A DNA stretch of 62,712 nt, counting the filler, from a candidate division NPL-UPA2 bacterium Unc8 (GTDB lineage: Bacteria > NPL-UPA2), in the NCBI GenBank assembly GCA_003574845.1. It is 3 parts of 3 records of this genome, joined end to end, with 100 filler letters (N's around TTAATTAATTAA, not from the genome) between each part and the next. Parts side by side here need not be neighbours in the genome. Positions count along the whole stretch, not along the records: positions 9,143 to 38,895 come from NDHY01000010.1; positions 38,996 to 62,712 come from NDHY01000012.1; 1 more part is not named here. One strand, 5' to 3'. A program made the translations under genes and the position numbers. Positions within the stretch are counted from its first letter, which is position 1. The number at the start of each line of letters is the position of its first letter. The notes beneath the pieces were generated by a model that was given only the letters and a program-made list of their open reading frames with translations, made no database searches and was not told where the DNA came from. Positions 38,838 through 50,576 of the stretch are shown one piece after another.

Positions 38838-38895
38838 ATCACCTCTATTTTACATTCAACCAAACTCGATAATGCTTCTTTAGGCGAAATAGCAG

Positions 38896-38995
38896 NNNNN
38901 NNNNNNNNNNNNNNNNNNNNNNNNNNNNNNNNNNNNNNNTTAATTAATTAANNNNNNNNNNNNNNNNNNNNNNNNNNNNNNNNNNNNNNNNNNNN
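38896..38995. other. Assembly spacer with TTAATTAATTAA linker
   Basis: 100-bp N run. Confidence 0.97.
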
Positions 38996-39062
38996 GTCTC
39001 AATTTTTGTAATTGTATGAAAGGTCATACCGGCAAGTTTTGATGACTTGAATCATAATCTAA

Positions 39063-39149
39063 CGGAGAGGTCGGGATTCGAACCCGAGGTGAGGTTGCCC
39101 CCACAACTGCTTAGCAGGCAGCTGCCTTAAACCGCTCGGCCACCTCTCC
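39063..39149 (-). tRNA. tRNA-Ser(GCT)
   Basis: GGAGAGGTGGCCGAG..., anticodon GCT, long variable arm. Confidence 0.94.
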
Positions 39150-39201
39150 TTGTCTTTATTATTATATTCTCGGGGATAGATGTCAATAAATATCGTGGGT
39201 T

Positions 39202-39230
39202 TTGACAGAATGCCTATTCTATATTATTAT
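39202..39230 (+). promoter_or_regulatory. Sigma70 promoter of the V/A-ATPase operon
   Basis: TTGACA-17bp-TATTAT. Confidence 0.65.
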
Positions 39231-39254
39231 GCTTATTTATTTACAACACACAGG

Positions 39255-39578
39255 ATGGTAGTAATGGAAGAAATGATTAGGATAATAAAGAAGGTTGAGG
39301 AAGAGGCGGAAGAAATTGTTAAGACGGCATCTCTTGAGGCAGAGAAAATAATCAAGGATGCGCAGATGGAAGCAGAGAAGATAATTTTGAGGAGCTCCTT
39401 AACGGCACAAAAAGAGATATCTTTGCATAGAGAGGGAGAGATAAAGCAAGCAAGGCAAGAGGTAGCTCTAATCAGAGAAAATGCAAAGAAGGAGTGTAGT
39501 GAATTAAAGAAAGAATCAAAAGGCAACCTTGATAAGGCTGCTTCTTTTATTGCGGAGAAAATTTTAGATGTCAATTAG
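39255..39578 (+). CDS. V/A-type ATPase subunit H/G
   Basis: Coiled-coil, first gene of the operon. Confidence 0.75.
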   Translation: MVVMEEMIRIIKKVEEEAEEIVKTASLEAEKIIKDAQMEAEKIILRSSLTAQKEISLHREGEIKQARQEVALIRENAKKECSELKKESKGNLDKAASFIAEKILDVN

Positions 39579-41544
39579 CCGAATGATAAAAGTGCAGATT
39601 ATTAGCCTTCATTGTCATCGGGAGAATGTAGTCAATGAGCTTCAGGAGACCGGGCTCATTGAGATTGAGAACTTAAAGGATTCTTCCTACGGAGCTGAGC
39701 ATGGGGTGTCACCATTAAGAGTTAAAGATGATAATACAATAAAAAACCTTTCCGAGACAGAACATAGCCTTAAATTTTTGTCAAAATTTAGAAAAAAGAG
39801 CTTGTCAGAGTTCTTCGTGCCCAAAAAGGTGAATTTGAGCGAAAAACGTTTTCGCCAGATTATTAGCAAATTCCCTGTTGACGAGGTTATCTGCAATTGT
39901 GACCAGGTAGAATCCTCTCTGCGGGAGACCACCTTAGAGGAAGAAAAACTGTTGAAAGATAAAAGCGAGCTTCTTCTATGGAAAGACCTTGATATGCAAC
40001 TGGATGAGTTAGGAGCAACCGGAAAAACCGACTTTGCCATTGGAAGCGTTCCCCGAGAGCGATTTGATGAACTCTCAAAGAAGGTGAGAGAAACGGCAAG
40101 CGAAACTTTTCTGAAGGAAGTTACCGGGACGAAAACAGATAAATATTTCGTACTTATTTATCTCCGGGAGTATGATGAAAAAATCTCACCCCTACTGAGA
40201 GAAAGCGGATTTACCCATACCCCACTTCCCGCTTTCCCTGGTAAGCCAGGAGATGCTCTCAAAAAGATTGATGAGCGGCTTGCCAAAATAGAACTAAAGA
40301 AAAAAGAATTAGAAGAAAAAGGAGAGGGGCTCTCCAGGGAAAATGGAGAGGCGATAATGGTTGTCTCCGACTATCTCTCACGCATCAATCTGAGATGCGA
40401 GGCGCAGAACCTTATGTTAGGAACCAATGAAGCATTTATTCTCACCGGCTGGATGCGGGAAGAAGATTTTCCCGCTCTAAGAAAAAGGTTGTCTCATAAA
40501 TTCGCAGAGGTTGCACTGGCAAAAATTAAGCCAAAAAAAGGGGAGTCTCCTCCTATTGCCTTAAAGAATAAAAAATCCTTTGCTCCTTTTGAAATGATAA
40601 CTAAACTGTATGGGCTTCCGCATCATCAAGAGTTTGACCCAACCCCGTTTCTTGCCCCATTTTTCTTTGTTTTCTTCGGGCTATGTTTATCCGATGTTGG
40701 TTATGGTGTTGCCCTGATGGTATTATCCTTGTTAGGAATGAAAAAGATAAATGCAGGACGGCAGCTTTTTCAACTCTTTCTTATCACTGGAGCATCCTCA
40801 GTTATCGCGGGGGCTCTCCTGGGAGGATGGCTCGGAATAGAAGTAGCCAGCCTGCCACACTTCCTGCAACGGCTGATGCTTTTTAATCCTATGGAGACGC
40901 CAATAGTCTTTCTCTACCTATCACTTGCCTTAGGAACTATACAGATAATATTTGGAACAACCATTAAATTGCTGCAGGGCACCAAAAACAAAGAATGGTG
41001 CGGTGCCTTGTTTTCAGAAGGAGCATGGCTGGTAATTTTTGCGGGAATATTACTGCTTATGCTCGGGGAAATCCTCATTGGAGCCTCAGCGACAGTGGTG
41101 GGCAAGTGGATGGCAATCTCCGGTGCCCTGATTTATATCTTCCTCAGAGGATTGAGGCAAGAGGAAAAATTGAAAAGCATTGCGCTGGGACCACTCCTTC
41201 TTCTAAACGGGTTGAAGGACTTATTGGGGAATGTGTTAAGCTACTCCAGGCTGATGGCGCTGGGAATAGCTACTGCTGTCATTGCGATGACCGTGAATAT
41301 AATTGCTGCCCTTGCCCTTGAAGCAATTCCGCTCATCGGCTGGGCGATAAGCTGGGCGATAATGATTCTTATTCTAATCGGGGGACACATATTCAATCTT
41401 GCCATCAGTACATTAGGAGCTTTCATTCATACTACCAGGCTCCAGTTTGTAGAGTTTTTTCCGTATTTCTTTGTCGGAGGAGGAAGGGCATTTAAGCCAT
41501 TTCAGGTAAAGGATAAGTTCACTATAATTGAAGAAAGGAGGTAG
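39568..41544 (+). CDS. V/A-type ATPase subunit I
   Basis: DPTP, SDVGYG, LSYSRLMALG, RLQFVEFF. Confidence 0.93.
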   Translation: MSISRMIKVQIISLHCHRENVVNELQETGLIEIENLKDSSYGAEHGVSPLRVKDDNTIKNLSETEHSLKFLSKFRKKSLSEFFVPKKVNLSEKRFRQIISKFPVDEVICNCDQVESSLRETTLEEEKLLKDKSELLLWKDLDMQLDELGATGKTDFAIGSVPRERFDELSKKVRETASETFLKEVTGTKTDKYFVLIYLREYDEKISPLLRESGFTHTPLPAFPGKPGDALKKIDERLAKIELKKKELEEKGEGLSRENGEAIMVVSDYLSRINLRCEAQNLMLGTNEAFILTGWMREEDFPALRKRLSHKFAEVALAKIKPKKGESPPIALKNKKSFAPFEMITKLYGLPHHQEFDPTPFLAPFFFVFFGLCLSDVGYGVALMVLSLLGMKKINAGRQLFQLFLITGASSVIAGALLGGWLGIEVASLPHFLQRLMLFNPMETPIVFLYLSLALGTIQIIFGTTIKLLQGTKNKEWCGALFSEGAWLVIFAGILLLMLGEILIGASATVVGKWMAISGALIYIFLRGLRQEEKLKSIALGPLLLLNGLKDLLGNVLSYSRLMALGIATAVIAMTVNIIAALALEAIPLIGWAISWAIMILILIGGHIFNLAISTLGAFIHTTRLQFVEFFPYFFVGGGRAFKPFQVKDKFTIIEERR

Positions 41545-42027
<483 letters not shown>

Positions 42028-42038
42028 AGAGGTTTCAA

Positions 42039-42647
42039 ATGGCGATTGAAGATATTTTAAGAAAAATCAGGAGCGATGCTGAAGCTAAAGCAAGCGAGAT
42101 AATCCATAATGCCAAAAGGGAGGAAGAAAGCATCCTGAAGAAGGCTAAGGGAGAAGCAATTAAGTTAGGAGAAAAACTGCTCAAAGAGGGGAAAGATGCC
42201 ACGACACAGGAGAGGAAGAGAGAGATAACGATGGCTAATCTTGAGGCAAGGAAAGAGATGCTTGCCCTTAAGCAGGAACTAATTGAGGAAGCATTTAAGG
42301 GAACATTAAATAGTCTCTTTTCCCTTCCTGCTGAGGAATACCGCAGTGCAATCAAGAAGATGCTCATAAGTGCCGTTGTAAGTGGCGAAGAAGAGGTAAT
42401 TATACCAGTTATGGATAAAGAGAAGCTCACATCTGAATTCATTGTTGAAGTAAATGAAGCGCTAAAGGAGAACGGCAAGAAAGGAAATCTAATGCTTTCT
42501 CTTGAGGAAAGAAATATCCAGGGGGGTTTCATCCTGAAAGATGGACGTAAAGAAACAAACTTGAGTTTTGACTCTCTCATTGAAGAGAAGCGGGATGAAT
42601 TAGAGGAGAGCCTTATTAGCATCATTTTTGACAAAAAGGAAGCCTGA
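42039..42647 (+). CDS. V/A-type ATPase subunit E
   Basis: N-terminal coiled coil, IQGGFIL; operon position. Confidence 0.88.
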   Translation: MAIEDILRKIRSDAEAKASEIIHNAKREEESILKKAKGEAIKLGEKLLKEGKDATTQERKREITMANLEARKEMLALKQELIEEAFKGTLNSLFSLPAEEYRSAIKKMLISAVVSGEEEVIIPVMDKEKLTSEFIVEVNEALKENGKKGNLMLSLEERNIQGGFILKDGRKETNLSFDSLIEEKRDELEESLISIIFDKKEA

Positions 42648-43660
42648 TGAATGACGATACCCGATATACCTGTGCAGTAGGAAAAATCAGAGCTCTTGAG
42701 GCAAGACTCATCAGGAAGGAAAAGTTTATTCAGATGTGCGATGCCGACAGCGCTGAAGACGTGCTGGAACTGCTTTCAGATACGGATTATGGCTCATCTC
42801 TATCAGAGTTAAAGAATGCAGGAGATTTTGAAGATATTTTAAAAAGCGAGATGAGAGATGTGATTAACCTTACCTCATTCCTCAGTAATGACCCGGAGCT
42901 CACCGATGTCTTTCGGCTAAAAATTGATTTTAATAATCTGAAACTGCTGCTAAAGATAAAGCACTCGTCTTTTGTGGAAGACACCACAAAGTTTATTGAC
43001 CGCCACTTAATGGAAGGAGGGCTCGTTCCTCCGGAGAGGCTCAAGAAACTCTTTGAGAGTGATTCCATTGGAGAACTTCCCGTTGAACTCAGCCCTGTTA
43101 TTAGAAAAATAAAAGAGGAGTTCAAAGAAAATAATGCTCCGCAGCTAATTGACATCATTATTGATAATGAGCTCTTCTCATTGCTCAAGGAAAGGATGGG
43201 TGAAAATTATCTCCTTGAAAGGTATCTGCAACGCTTAATTGACCTGCTAAATATTAAAAATTTCCTGCGGGCAGGTAATCTTGGAAAGAAAAAAGATTTT
43301 TTAGAGAAAATGCTTCTTCCCGGCGGGAGACTGGAAAAAAAATTATTTCTTGCCTCCATTGACGATAGAGAAGGCAGTCTCTCTTCCCGTCTTCCCCTTG
43401 AGTATGAAGGATTAATCTCCCGGGGAATTAAATACTATCGGGAAAATAACTCATGGAAGGAGCTGGAAAGGCTGTCTGATGATTATGTCCTGGGTGCTCT
43501 TGAGCCGGCAAAATTGATTGCTTTCGGCATAGAACCGCTCATCACTTACCTCCTTGCTAAGGAGAGTGAAATAAAGAATATCAGGATGATAATTGCGGGC
43601 AAACTTAACAGGATGCCGGCAGAGCTGCTAAGGGCAACTCTAAGGGAGCCTTATGCCTAA
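42647..43660 (+). CDS. V/A-type ATPase subunit C
   Basis: IRALE, YL.AKE.EIKNIR..GK. Confidence 0.88.
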   Translation: MNDDTRYTCAVGKIRALEARLIRKEKFIQMCDADSAEDVLELLSDTDYGSSLSELKNAGDFEDILKSEMRDVINLTSFLSNDPELTDVFRLKIDFNNLKLLLKIKHSSFVEDTTKFIDRHLMEGGLVPPERLKKLFESDSIGELPVELSPVIRKIKEEFKENNAPQLIDIIIDNELFSLLKERMGENYLLERYLQRLIDLLNIKNFLRAGNLGKKKDFLEKMLLPGGRLEKKLFLASIDDREGSLSSRLPLEYEGLISRGIKYYRENNSWKELERLSDDYVLGALEPAKLIAFGIEPLITYLLAKESEIKNIRMIIAGKLNRMPAELLRATLREPYA

Positions 43661-43967
43661 AATTGCGGTGGTAGGCAGGCGGGACTACATCGGTGGATTT
43701 GCAGGAGCAGGAGCTTCTGTCTTCCCGGTGGAAACTATTGAGGAGACTCACCAGGCATTTAATAATATTTTAAGCAGCGATTATACTATTATATTTCTTG
43801 CCGAAGAGTTTGCCGCTGGTCTGGCAGAAACCCTTGCCAGGCTCGCCGAGGCGCCGCTGCCAATAGTAACTCTCATTCCGGATACACAAAAGAGCCGGGG
43901 GCTGGCAACACAGACATTGAAAGCAAACATCAGAAAAGCTATTGGAGCAGAAGATATATCTATATAA
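43653..43967 (+). CDS. V/A-type ATPase subunit F
   Basis: KIAVVG..GF, IRKAIGA. Confidence 0.88.
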   Translation: MPKIAVVGRRDYIGGFAGAGASVFPVETIEETHQAFNNILSSDYTIIFLAEEFAAGLAETLARLAEAPLPIVTLIPDTQKSRGLATQTLKANIRKAIGAEDISI

Positions 43968-44002
43968 GAAAGAAGGCTGTAGGCTGTAGTCTAACTCAAG
44001 GG

Positions 44003-45775
44003 GTGAAGATGGAAGATAATGCAAAACAAGGGGTGATAACCAAAGTCTCTGGTCCTTTAATCATTGCCTCCGGGATGCAGGGAGCGCGGATGTACGATGT
44101 GGTGCGGGTCAGTGAGAAAAGGCTCGTAGGAGAAATAATTGAACTGCGTGGAGACAATGTCTCTGTCCAGGTATATGAGGAAACCGCGGGGCTGGGACCA
44201 GGTGAGCCTGTATTCAATACTGGCAGACCGCTCAGTGTGGAGCTTGGGCCAGGGCTTATTCAATCAATCTATGATGGCATTCAGCGTCCTCTTGACATAA
44301 TAAGGGAAAAAACAGGGGATCACATAACACGTGGCATAGACATTCCTGCTCTGGATAGAAAAAAGAAGTGGGGTTTTATCCCGCTTGTCAAGGTAGGAGA
44401 TGTAATAAGCGCAGGGGACATATTGGGAGAAGTCCAGGAGACCCCTGTCATTAATCACAGGATTCTTGCTCAAAGGAGTGGGGTTATTGAGGATATCAAA
44501 GAAGGGGAGTTCACCATTACCGAGACAATTGCCGTGGTCAGGACAGATTCAAAAGCTGAAGAGATTCAGATGTTGCAGCATTGGCCAGTCAGGAAGGAAA
44601 GGCCTTATCATAAAAAGCTTTCTCCAAATATACCCCTAATTACCGGCCAGAGAATCGTTGATACTTTCTTCCCTATTGCCCGCGGTGGGACATCCTGCAT
44701 TCCCGGGCCATTTGGCTCAGGAAAAACCGTCTTCCAGCATGCTCTGTCCAAGTGGTGCGATGCTCAAGTTATTATATATTGCGGATGCGGGGAGAGAGGT
44801 AATGAGATGACCGATGTGCTTATGGAATTTCCAGAGTTGGACGACCCGCGCACCGGCGAAAAGTTGATTAAAAGAACCGTCTTAATTGCTAACACTTCTG
44901 ATATGCCTGTGGCGGCCCGGGAAGCATCAGTCTATACAGCAATTACTATTGCTGAGTACTTTCGCGATATGGGATACATTGTTTCACTTATGGCAGATTC
45001 TACCTCCCGCTGGGCAGAAGCAATGAGAGAAATGTCGGGTCGTCTGGAGGAGATGCCGGGAGAAGAAGGATATCCTGCTTACCTGCCGACGCGAATCGCC
45101 AAATTTTACGAGAGAGCAGGAAAGGTTGCCTGTCTCGGGAGTGACAACCGCGAAGGGTCCTTAAGTGTTATAGGGGCAATTTCTCCTCCCGGTGGCGACC
45201 TCTCTGACCCGGTGGTTCAGGCAACGCTCAAGGTAGTTCAGGTATTCTGGAGTCTTGAGGACCGACTTGCCTATGAGAGGCATTTTCCCGCGATAAACTG
45301 GTTAACAAGCTACTCTCTGTACATAGATAACCTCAAGGATTATTTTAAGGAGGCAATCGGAAAAGACTGGACGCTAATGCAGCAGGAGGCAATGACAATT
45401 CTTCAGAAAGAGTCAGAGCTAAAGGAGATTGCCCGACTCGTTGGCATTGATGCTCTCTCAATCCCGGATAGGCTGATACTGGAGACAGCCAAGTCAATCC
45501 GGGAGGATTTCCTTCACCAGAATGCCTTCCATGAAATTGACGGTTACACATCCTTTGCCAAGCAGTATAAGATGCTAAAGCTAATTATTGAGTTTCATCA
45601 CGAAAGAGGCAAAGCAATTGAAAGAGGCATAAGCTTTGATGCTCTTACTTCTCTTAAAGTGGAGGAAGAAATTGCCCGCGCAAAATATATTCCAGAGAAG
45701 AGGCTTGGTGATTTTGACAAAATTGAGGCTAACCTGGTCGCTCAGGTTAAATCCCTAAGGAGAAAAGATGGCTAA
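44003..45775 (+). CDS. V/A-type ATPase subunit A
   Basis: [27 protein letters not shown]. Confidence 0.96.
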   Translation: MKMEDNAKQGVITKVSGPLIIASGMQGARMYDVVRVSEKRLVGEIIELRGDNVSVQVYEETAGLGPGEPVFNTGRPLSVELGPGLIQSIYDGIQRPLDIIREKTGDHITRGIDIPALDRKKKWGFIPLVKVGDVISAGDILGEVQETPVINHRILAQRSGVIEDIKEGEFTITETIAVVRTDSKAEEIQMLQHWPVRKERPYHKKLSPNIPLITGQRIVDTFFPIARGGTSCIPGPFGSGKTVFQHALSKWCDAQVIIYCGCGERGNEMTDVLMEFPELDDPRTGEKLIKRTVLIANTSDMPVAAREASVYTAITIAEYFRDMGYIVSLMADSTSRWAEAMREMSGRLEEMPGEEGYPAYLPTRIAKFYERAGKVACLGSDNREGSLSVIGAISPPGGDLSDPVVQATLKVVQVFWSLEDRLAYERHFPAINWLTSYSLYIDNLKDYFKEAIGKDWTLMQQEAMTILQKESELKEIARLVGIDALSIPDRLILETAKSIREDFLHQNAFHEIDGYTSFAKQYKMLKLIIEFHHERGKAIERGISFDALTSLKVEEEIARAKYIPEKRLGDFDKIEANLVAQVKSLRRKDG

Positions 45776-47150
45776 GGAATATTTGACAATCAAGGAGGTT
45801 GTCGGCCCTCTTGTATTAGTAGATGAAATTACTGAAGGGGTAAAGTACGATGAGCTCGTTGAACTGCGGCTCCCAAATGGCGAGACGAGGAGAGGAAAAG
45901 TGCTTGAGATAGACAGGGAGCTGGTGCTTGTGCAGTTGTTTGAGAGCTCAACTGGAATCAATATCTATGACAGCCGCGTTAGATTCCTGGGTAAGGGTAT
46001 TGACTTAGCTGTCTCTCAGGACCTTCTTGGTAGAGTGTTTGATGGACTGGGGAAGCCAATAGACGGTGGTCCACGGGTGCTTCCTGAAAAAAGGATGGAT
46101 ATCAACGGAGCTCCAATCAATCCCTATGCCCGGGACTATCCATCGGAATTTATTCAGACAGGCATCTCAGTAATTGATGGACTGAATACCCTGGTGCGCG
46201 GGCAGAAACTGCCCATATTCTCAGGGGCTGGGTTACCGCATCCACAGATAGCCGCACAAGTAGCAAGACAGGCAAGAGTTCTGGGCAAGGAAGAGGAGTT
46301 TGCTGTGGTCTTCGGGGCGATGGGGATAACCTTTGAAGAATCGGATTATTTTATTTCTGATTTCAGAAGAACAGGGGCGATTGACCGCGCAATACTGTTT
46401 ATCAATCTTGCCGATGACCCTACAATTGAAAGGTTGGCTACCCCGAGAATGGCATTAACAGCGGCTGAATTTCTGGCATTTGACCATGGGATGCATGTTC
46501 TGGTTATCCTGAGCGATATGACCAACTACTGTGAAGCGCTTCGGGAAGTCTCGGCGGCAAGGAAAGAGGTCCCCGGTCGCAGGGGATACCCGGGTTATAT
46601 GTACACAGATTTAGCTTCAATATATGAAAGGGCGGGCAGGATAAAGGGAAAGAAAGGTTCAATTACCTTAATGCCAATCCTGACAATGCCTGAAGATGAC
46701 AAAACGCATCCAATCCCTGATTTAACCGGTTACATTACCGAAGGCCAGATAATCCTAAACCGTCAGTTGCATAAGAAGGGAATTTACCCCCCCATTGATG
46801 TCCTTCCATCTTTGTCAAGGTTAAAAGACAAGGGAATTGGAAAAGATAAGACAAGAGAAGACCATTCTGACCTGTTTAACCAGTTGTTCGCCGCTTATGC
46901 GAGGGGGAAAGAAACGCAGGAATTAGCAGTAATATTGGGAGAAGCAGCTTTGAGCGACGCTGACCGTCTCTTCTTTGCCTTTGCTGATAGATTTGAAGCT
47001 GAGTATATCTGCCAGAACGAAAATGAGGAAAGGTCAATTGAGGAGACGCTTGACCTTGGATGGAAACTTCTGAGAATGCTTCCTAAGGCTGAACTCAAAA
47101 GGGTAAGGCAGGCTTATATAGAGAAATATCTAAAAGCACAGGAAAAATGA
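45768..47150 (+). CDS. V/A-type ATPase subunit B
   Basis: [26 protein letters not shown]. Confidence 0.96.
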   Translation: MAKEYLTIKEVVGPLVLVDEITEGVKYDELVELRLPNGETRRGKVLEIDRELVLVQLFESSTGINIYDSRVRFLGKGIDLAVSQDLLGRVFDGLGKPIDGGPRVLPEKRMDINGAPINPYARDYPSEFIQTGISVIDGLNTLVRGQKLPIFSGAGLPHPQIAAQVARQARVLGKEEEFAVVFGAMGITFEESDYFISDFRRTGAIDRAILFINLADDPTIERLATPRMALTAAEFLAFDHGMHVLVILSDMTNYCEALREVSAARKEVPGRRGYPGYMYTDLASIYERAGRIKGKKGSITLMPILTMPEDDKTHPIPDLTGYITEGQIILNRQLHKKGIYPPIDVLPSLSRLKDKGIGKDKTREDHSDLFNQLFAAYARGKETQELAVILGEAALSDADRLFFAFADRFEAEYICQNENEERSIEETLDLGWKLLRMLPKAELKRVRQAYIEKYLKAQEK

Positions 47151-47761
47151 GACTAAATGTAAGCCCCAATCGGATGGAAGTATTAAGACTCAGAAAGAGG
47201 CTCCTTCTTGCAAGGAGAGGGCACAAGCTCTTAAGAGACAAACAGGAAGAGTTAATGAGGAGATTCTTAGAGCTTGTAGTTGAGAATAAAAATTTGAGAG
47301 ATGATGTTGAGGAGAGGCTCAGAAAAGGCTACCAAAACCTTCTTTTTGCCAGAGCTATGATGTTTGCTGATACCATTGAGTCTTTGCTTTCCTTCACTAC
47401 AAGAAAAGCTGATGTCACTGTCTCGCTTACGCCACTTATGAATCTTCGTCTCCCGCAACTGCATCTCTCTCAGGAGGGAGAGGTTAGCTGTTATGGATTT
47501 GCAGAAACCTCAGGTGAGCTGGACGCTGCCATTTCTGTCTTTTCTGAAACTTTGCCGCTGATGGTAAAGCTTTCTCAGATTGAAAGATGGATTGAGCTGA
47601 TGGCGCAGGAAATAGAGACAACCCGCCGCCGGGTAAATGCCCTTGAATACATTCTTATTCCCTCTTTAGATGAGACAATCCGCTACATAACCATGAAGCT
47701 AAGTGAACGAGAGAGAGGTGATATCACAAGGCTGATGAAGGTTAAGGAAATTGTTCGTTGA
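47147..47761 (+). CDS. V/A-type ATPase subunit D
   Basis: [15 protein letters not shown]. Confidence 0.93.
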   Translation: MRLNVSPNRMEVLRLRKRLLLARRGHKLLRDKQEELMRRFLELVVENKNLRDDVEERLRKGYQNLLFARAMMFADTIESLLSFTTRKADVTVSLTPLMNLRLPQLHLSQEGEVSCYGFAETSGELDAAISVFSETLPLMVKLSQIERWIELMAQEIETTRRRVNALEYILIPSLDETIRYITMKLSERERGDITRLMKVKEIVR

Positions 47762-48441
47762 GAGTATCTGCCATCATTCCAGCTGCCGGTCGGGGAAGGA
47801 GGGTAGGAGGAAACCAGAATAAGCTGTATCTCCATATCAAAGGGAAGCCGGTTATTATTCATACTCTTTTTGCCTTGAAGGCAGTAGCGCAAATTACAGA
47901 GATTATCCTTGTTATTGCCGCTGATGAGGAAGGCCTCTGCCATCGCACATTAAATAAATTCCACATAAAGGGAATAATTACCACTACTGGAGGGGAAAAT
48001 CGGCAGACCTCGGTGGCAAATGGCTTAGCAAGAGCCTCCGATGATTCTGAGCTTATCCTTATCCACGACGGTGCGCGCCCTTTTGTGAGTCTTTCCATTA
48101 TTACAAAAATAATTAACGAAGCAGGACTCTACGGAGCTGCGGTCACTGCAATTCCAATCACTAACACAATCAAGGAAGGAGATGAGGAAGGCTTTGTTAA
48201 AAGCACATTAAAAAGAGACCGTCTCTGGTCAGTTCAAACCCCGCAAGCATTTAAATCCAATTTGATTAAAGACGCCCACAGGAAAGCAGCCGCAGACGGT
48301 TTCACAGGAACAGATGACGCTATGCTCGTAGAAAGATTAGGACACCCTGTTAAAATTGTTAAAGGCTCATCTGAGAACATAAAAATCACCACTTCTAGAG
48401 ACTTCATCATCGCTAAAGAGATTTTTAGAGGTAGAAATTGA
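47758..48441 (+). CDS. ispD: MEP cytidylyltransferase
   Basis: PAAG.G.R, HDGARP, QTPQ, TDDA, NIKIT. Confidence 0.93.
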   Translation: MRVSAIIPAAGRGRRVGGNQNKLYLHIKGKPVIIHTLFALKAVAQITEIILVIAADEEGLCHRTLNKFHIKGIITTTGGENRQTSVANGLARASDDSELILIHDGARPFVSLSIITKIINEAGLYGAAVTAIPITNTIKEGDEEGFVKSTLKRDRLWSVQTPQAFKSNLIKDAHRKAAADGFTGTDDAMLVERLGHPVKIVKGSSENIKITTSRDFIIAKEIFRGRN

Positions 48442-48914
48442 TGCGTATTGGTATTGGCTATGATGTTCACCTCTTAGTGGAGGGAAGAAAGCTTATGCTT
48501 GGAGGAGTAGAGGTATCATTTAACAAAGGACTTCTTGGCCATTCTGATGCCGATGTGCTTCTCCACGCCATCTGTGACGCTTCCCTTGGAGCAGCTGGGG
48601 AGGGGGACATTGGATGTCATTTTCCTACTGGCGACCCGCAATACAAAAATATTTCCAGTCTTATTTTACTTCAAAAAGTTTCCGAAATAATTGCCAAAAA
48701 ACGCATGTTAGTAAATAATATTGATGTTACGGTGGTTGCAGAAGAACCGAGGCTTTCTTCTTATATTAATGCAATGAAAGAAAAGATAGCGATAGCCTTG
48801 AACATTGAGAAGAAAACAATTAACATCAAAGCAACTACCACTGAGGGGCTTGGTTTTATTGGAAAAGGAGAGGGAATGGCAGCCTATGCTGTCGTTAGCC
48901 TGAAAGAGTTTTAA
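48438..48914 (+). CDS. ispF: MECDP synthase
   Basis: GYDVH, GHSDAD, KATT.E.LG. Confidence 0.95.
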   Translation: MMRIGIGYDVHLLVEGRKLMLGGVEVSFNKGLLGHSDADVLLHAICDASLGAAGEGDIGCHFPTGDPQYKNISSLILLQKVSEIIAKKRMLVNNIDVTVVAEEPRLSSYINAMKEKIAIALNIEKKTINIKATTTEGLGFIGKGEGMAAYAVVSLKEF

Positions 48915-48940
48915 AAATAAAAGACGCAGAGTTCAGCCCA

Positions 48941-49189
48941 TTGGTTATCTGGTTAATTAAGAAGGAAGAGTCGCCCCTTGTAGATGACCAGGGCAAGGAG
49001 TCTCTCAATTTCCAGATATCTATGACCATCTATGTTCTCATATCAGCGCTCCTAACTCTGGTTGTGATTGGTTTTGTGCTTTTGGTTGGTTTGGGAATAT
49101 TTGGCATAGTTATGGTGATCATGGCCAGTGTAAAAGCCAACAAGGGTGAAAAGTTCCGCTATCCACTCTGCATAAGGTTCATAAAATAG
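48941..49189 (+). pseudogene. DUF4870-like membrane protein lacking its N-terminus
   Basis: PLVIWLIKKEES..QGKESLNFQI..RYP; no upstream first helix. Confidence 0.55.
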
Positions 49190-49202
49190 GTACCGGGTGT
49201 TA

Positions 49203-49274
49203 GGCGACGTAGCCAAGTGGCAAGGCAGCGGTCTGCAAAACCGCAATTCATCGGTTCGAATCCGATCGTCGCCT
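49203..49274 (+). tRNA. tRNA-Cys(GCA)
   Basis: Cloverleaf, anticodon GCA, U discriminator. Confidence 0.94.
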
Positions 49275-49294
49275 TCTTTAACAGCTATCAGCTA

Positions 49295-49364
49295 TCAGCT
49301 TTCAGCTTTCAGAAACAATCATCGATAAGCATGCCCCGATGCAAATCGGGGTCGCACCGCTACT
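49295..49364. repeat. 70-bp composite repeat, copy 2
   Basis: Identical to 24758-24827; flanked by AGCTWTC and AATGGTA heptamers. Confidence 0.9.
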
Positions 49365-49415
49365 CGTAAATGGTAAATGGTAAATGGTAAATGGTCACAA
49401 TTCACTAATTACTAA

Positions 49416-50576
49416 TTACCAATTTCCAATTGATGCTCTGATAGTTTCATCATATACTTTGAGGAATGGGATTTTTTTCTGGCGAGCGGTTTTTTTGCAG
49501 TCTTCATACTCGGGGAAGACCCTCTTTATTCCATCATAATAAGATATCTTAGCTCTTATCACCCCGTACCTCGTTTTTATTTTTTCAGTTTGTCGGGGAA
49601 GCTTTACTCTCTGTGCGATGTATTTTCTCACGCCAAGTGAGGTTGTCTCTGTAAAGATAATTTTAGTCAGCTTATCTACTTTACTCTTTTCGCTGAGTAC
49701 GCTCAGGACTGTTCCCGGGCGTCCTTTCTTCATATGCACCGGGGTTAGGAAAACATCAATCGCTCCTTCTTCAAAAAACTTTTCCATGAGATACTCATAA
49801 AGCTGTGGGCTCAAGTCATCTATATTGGTCTCAATTACAACAACCTCGTCCTGCTCATAACAAAGTAAGGGCTCGCCAAGGAGGACTCGCAGAAAACCAA
49901 AGTAGGTCTTTGCGCTCTTTGTCCCTGCTCCATACCCGATGGCATCTACTTTCATTGGCGGAATTGTAGCAAAATTTTCAGTTAGAGTTGTGATAATGGC
50001 AACTCCCGTAGGGGTGGACATCTCAAATGGCACATCCTTTTGAAAAAAAGGAGTGCCTCGCAGGAGCTCAAGGGTTGCCGGAGACGGAACGGGGATTAAT
50101 CCGTGAGCAGTTTTTACCCAGCCGCTTCCGACAGGAATATGAGAGCCAATCACAGTTTTTATTCCTAATGCCTTCAGCGCAATTACTGAGGCAACAATGT
50201 CAATTATAGAGTCAGTGTCACCAATCTCGTAGAAATGGATGTCCTTTACTGCCTTCCCATGAATCTTTGCTTCAGCCTCCCCTAATCTCTGAAATATTTT
50301 AATGCTTTTTTCCTTAATATCAGTTGCAAGTTTACTCTCCTCAATCAGGGCAAGAATATCCTTAAGACCTTTTTTTCTCCCTCTTTCTGCCTCCACAGTG
50401 AATTTTGTTCCCACAAAGCCCTGCCTCCTGACTTTCTTGCTGCTAATTCGGTATCCTTTAAGAGGGAGTTTTTTGAGTTCACCTTCAAGTTCACCAAGCT
50501 CTACTCCTGCATCAAGCAGTGCTCCTGTAATCATATCTCCGCTTACCCCGGAGGAACAGTCAAAGTATGCAATCAA
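49416..50576 (-). CDS. larC: Nickel pincer cofactor biosynthesis protein LarC
   Basis: YFDC.SG.SGDM, PVPSPAT, ETNIDD, MKKGRP, PEYEDC. Confidence 0.9.
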   Translation of the reverse strand: MIAYFDCSSGVSGDMITGALLDAGVELGELEGELKKLPLKGYRISSKKVRRQGFVGTKFTVEAERGRKKGLKDILALIEESKLATDIKEKSIKIFQRLGEAEAKIHGKAVKDIHFYEIGDTDSIIDIVASVIALKALGIKTVIGSHIPVGSGWVKTAHGLIPVPSPATLELLRGTPFFQKDVPFEMSTPTGVAIITTLTENFATIPPMKVDAIGYGAGTKSAKTYFGFLRVLLGEPLLCYEQDEVVVIETNIDDLSPQLYEYLMEKFFEEGAIDVFLTPVHMKKGRPGTVLSVLSEKSKVDKLTKIIFTETTSLGVRKYIAQRVKLPRQTEKIKTRYGVIRAKISYYDGIKRVFPEYEDCKKTARQKKIPFLKVYDETIRASIGNW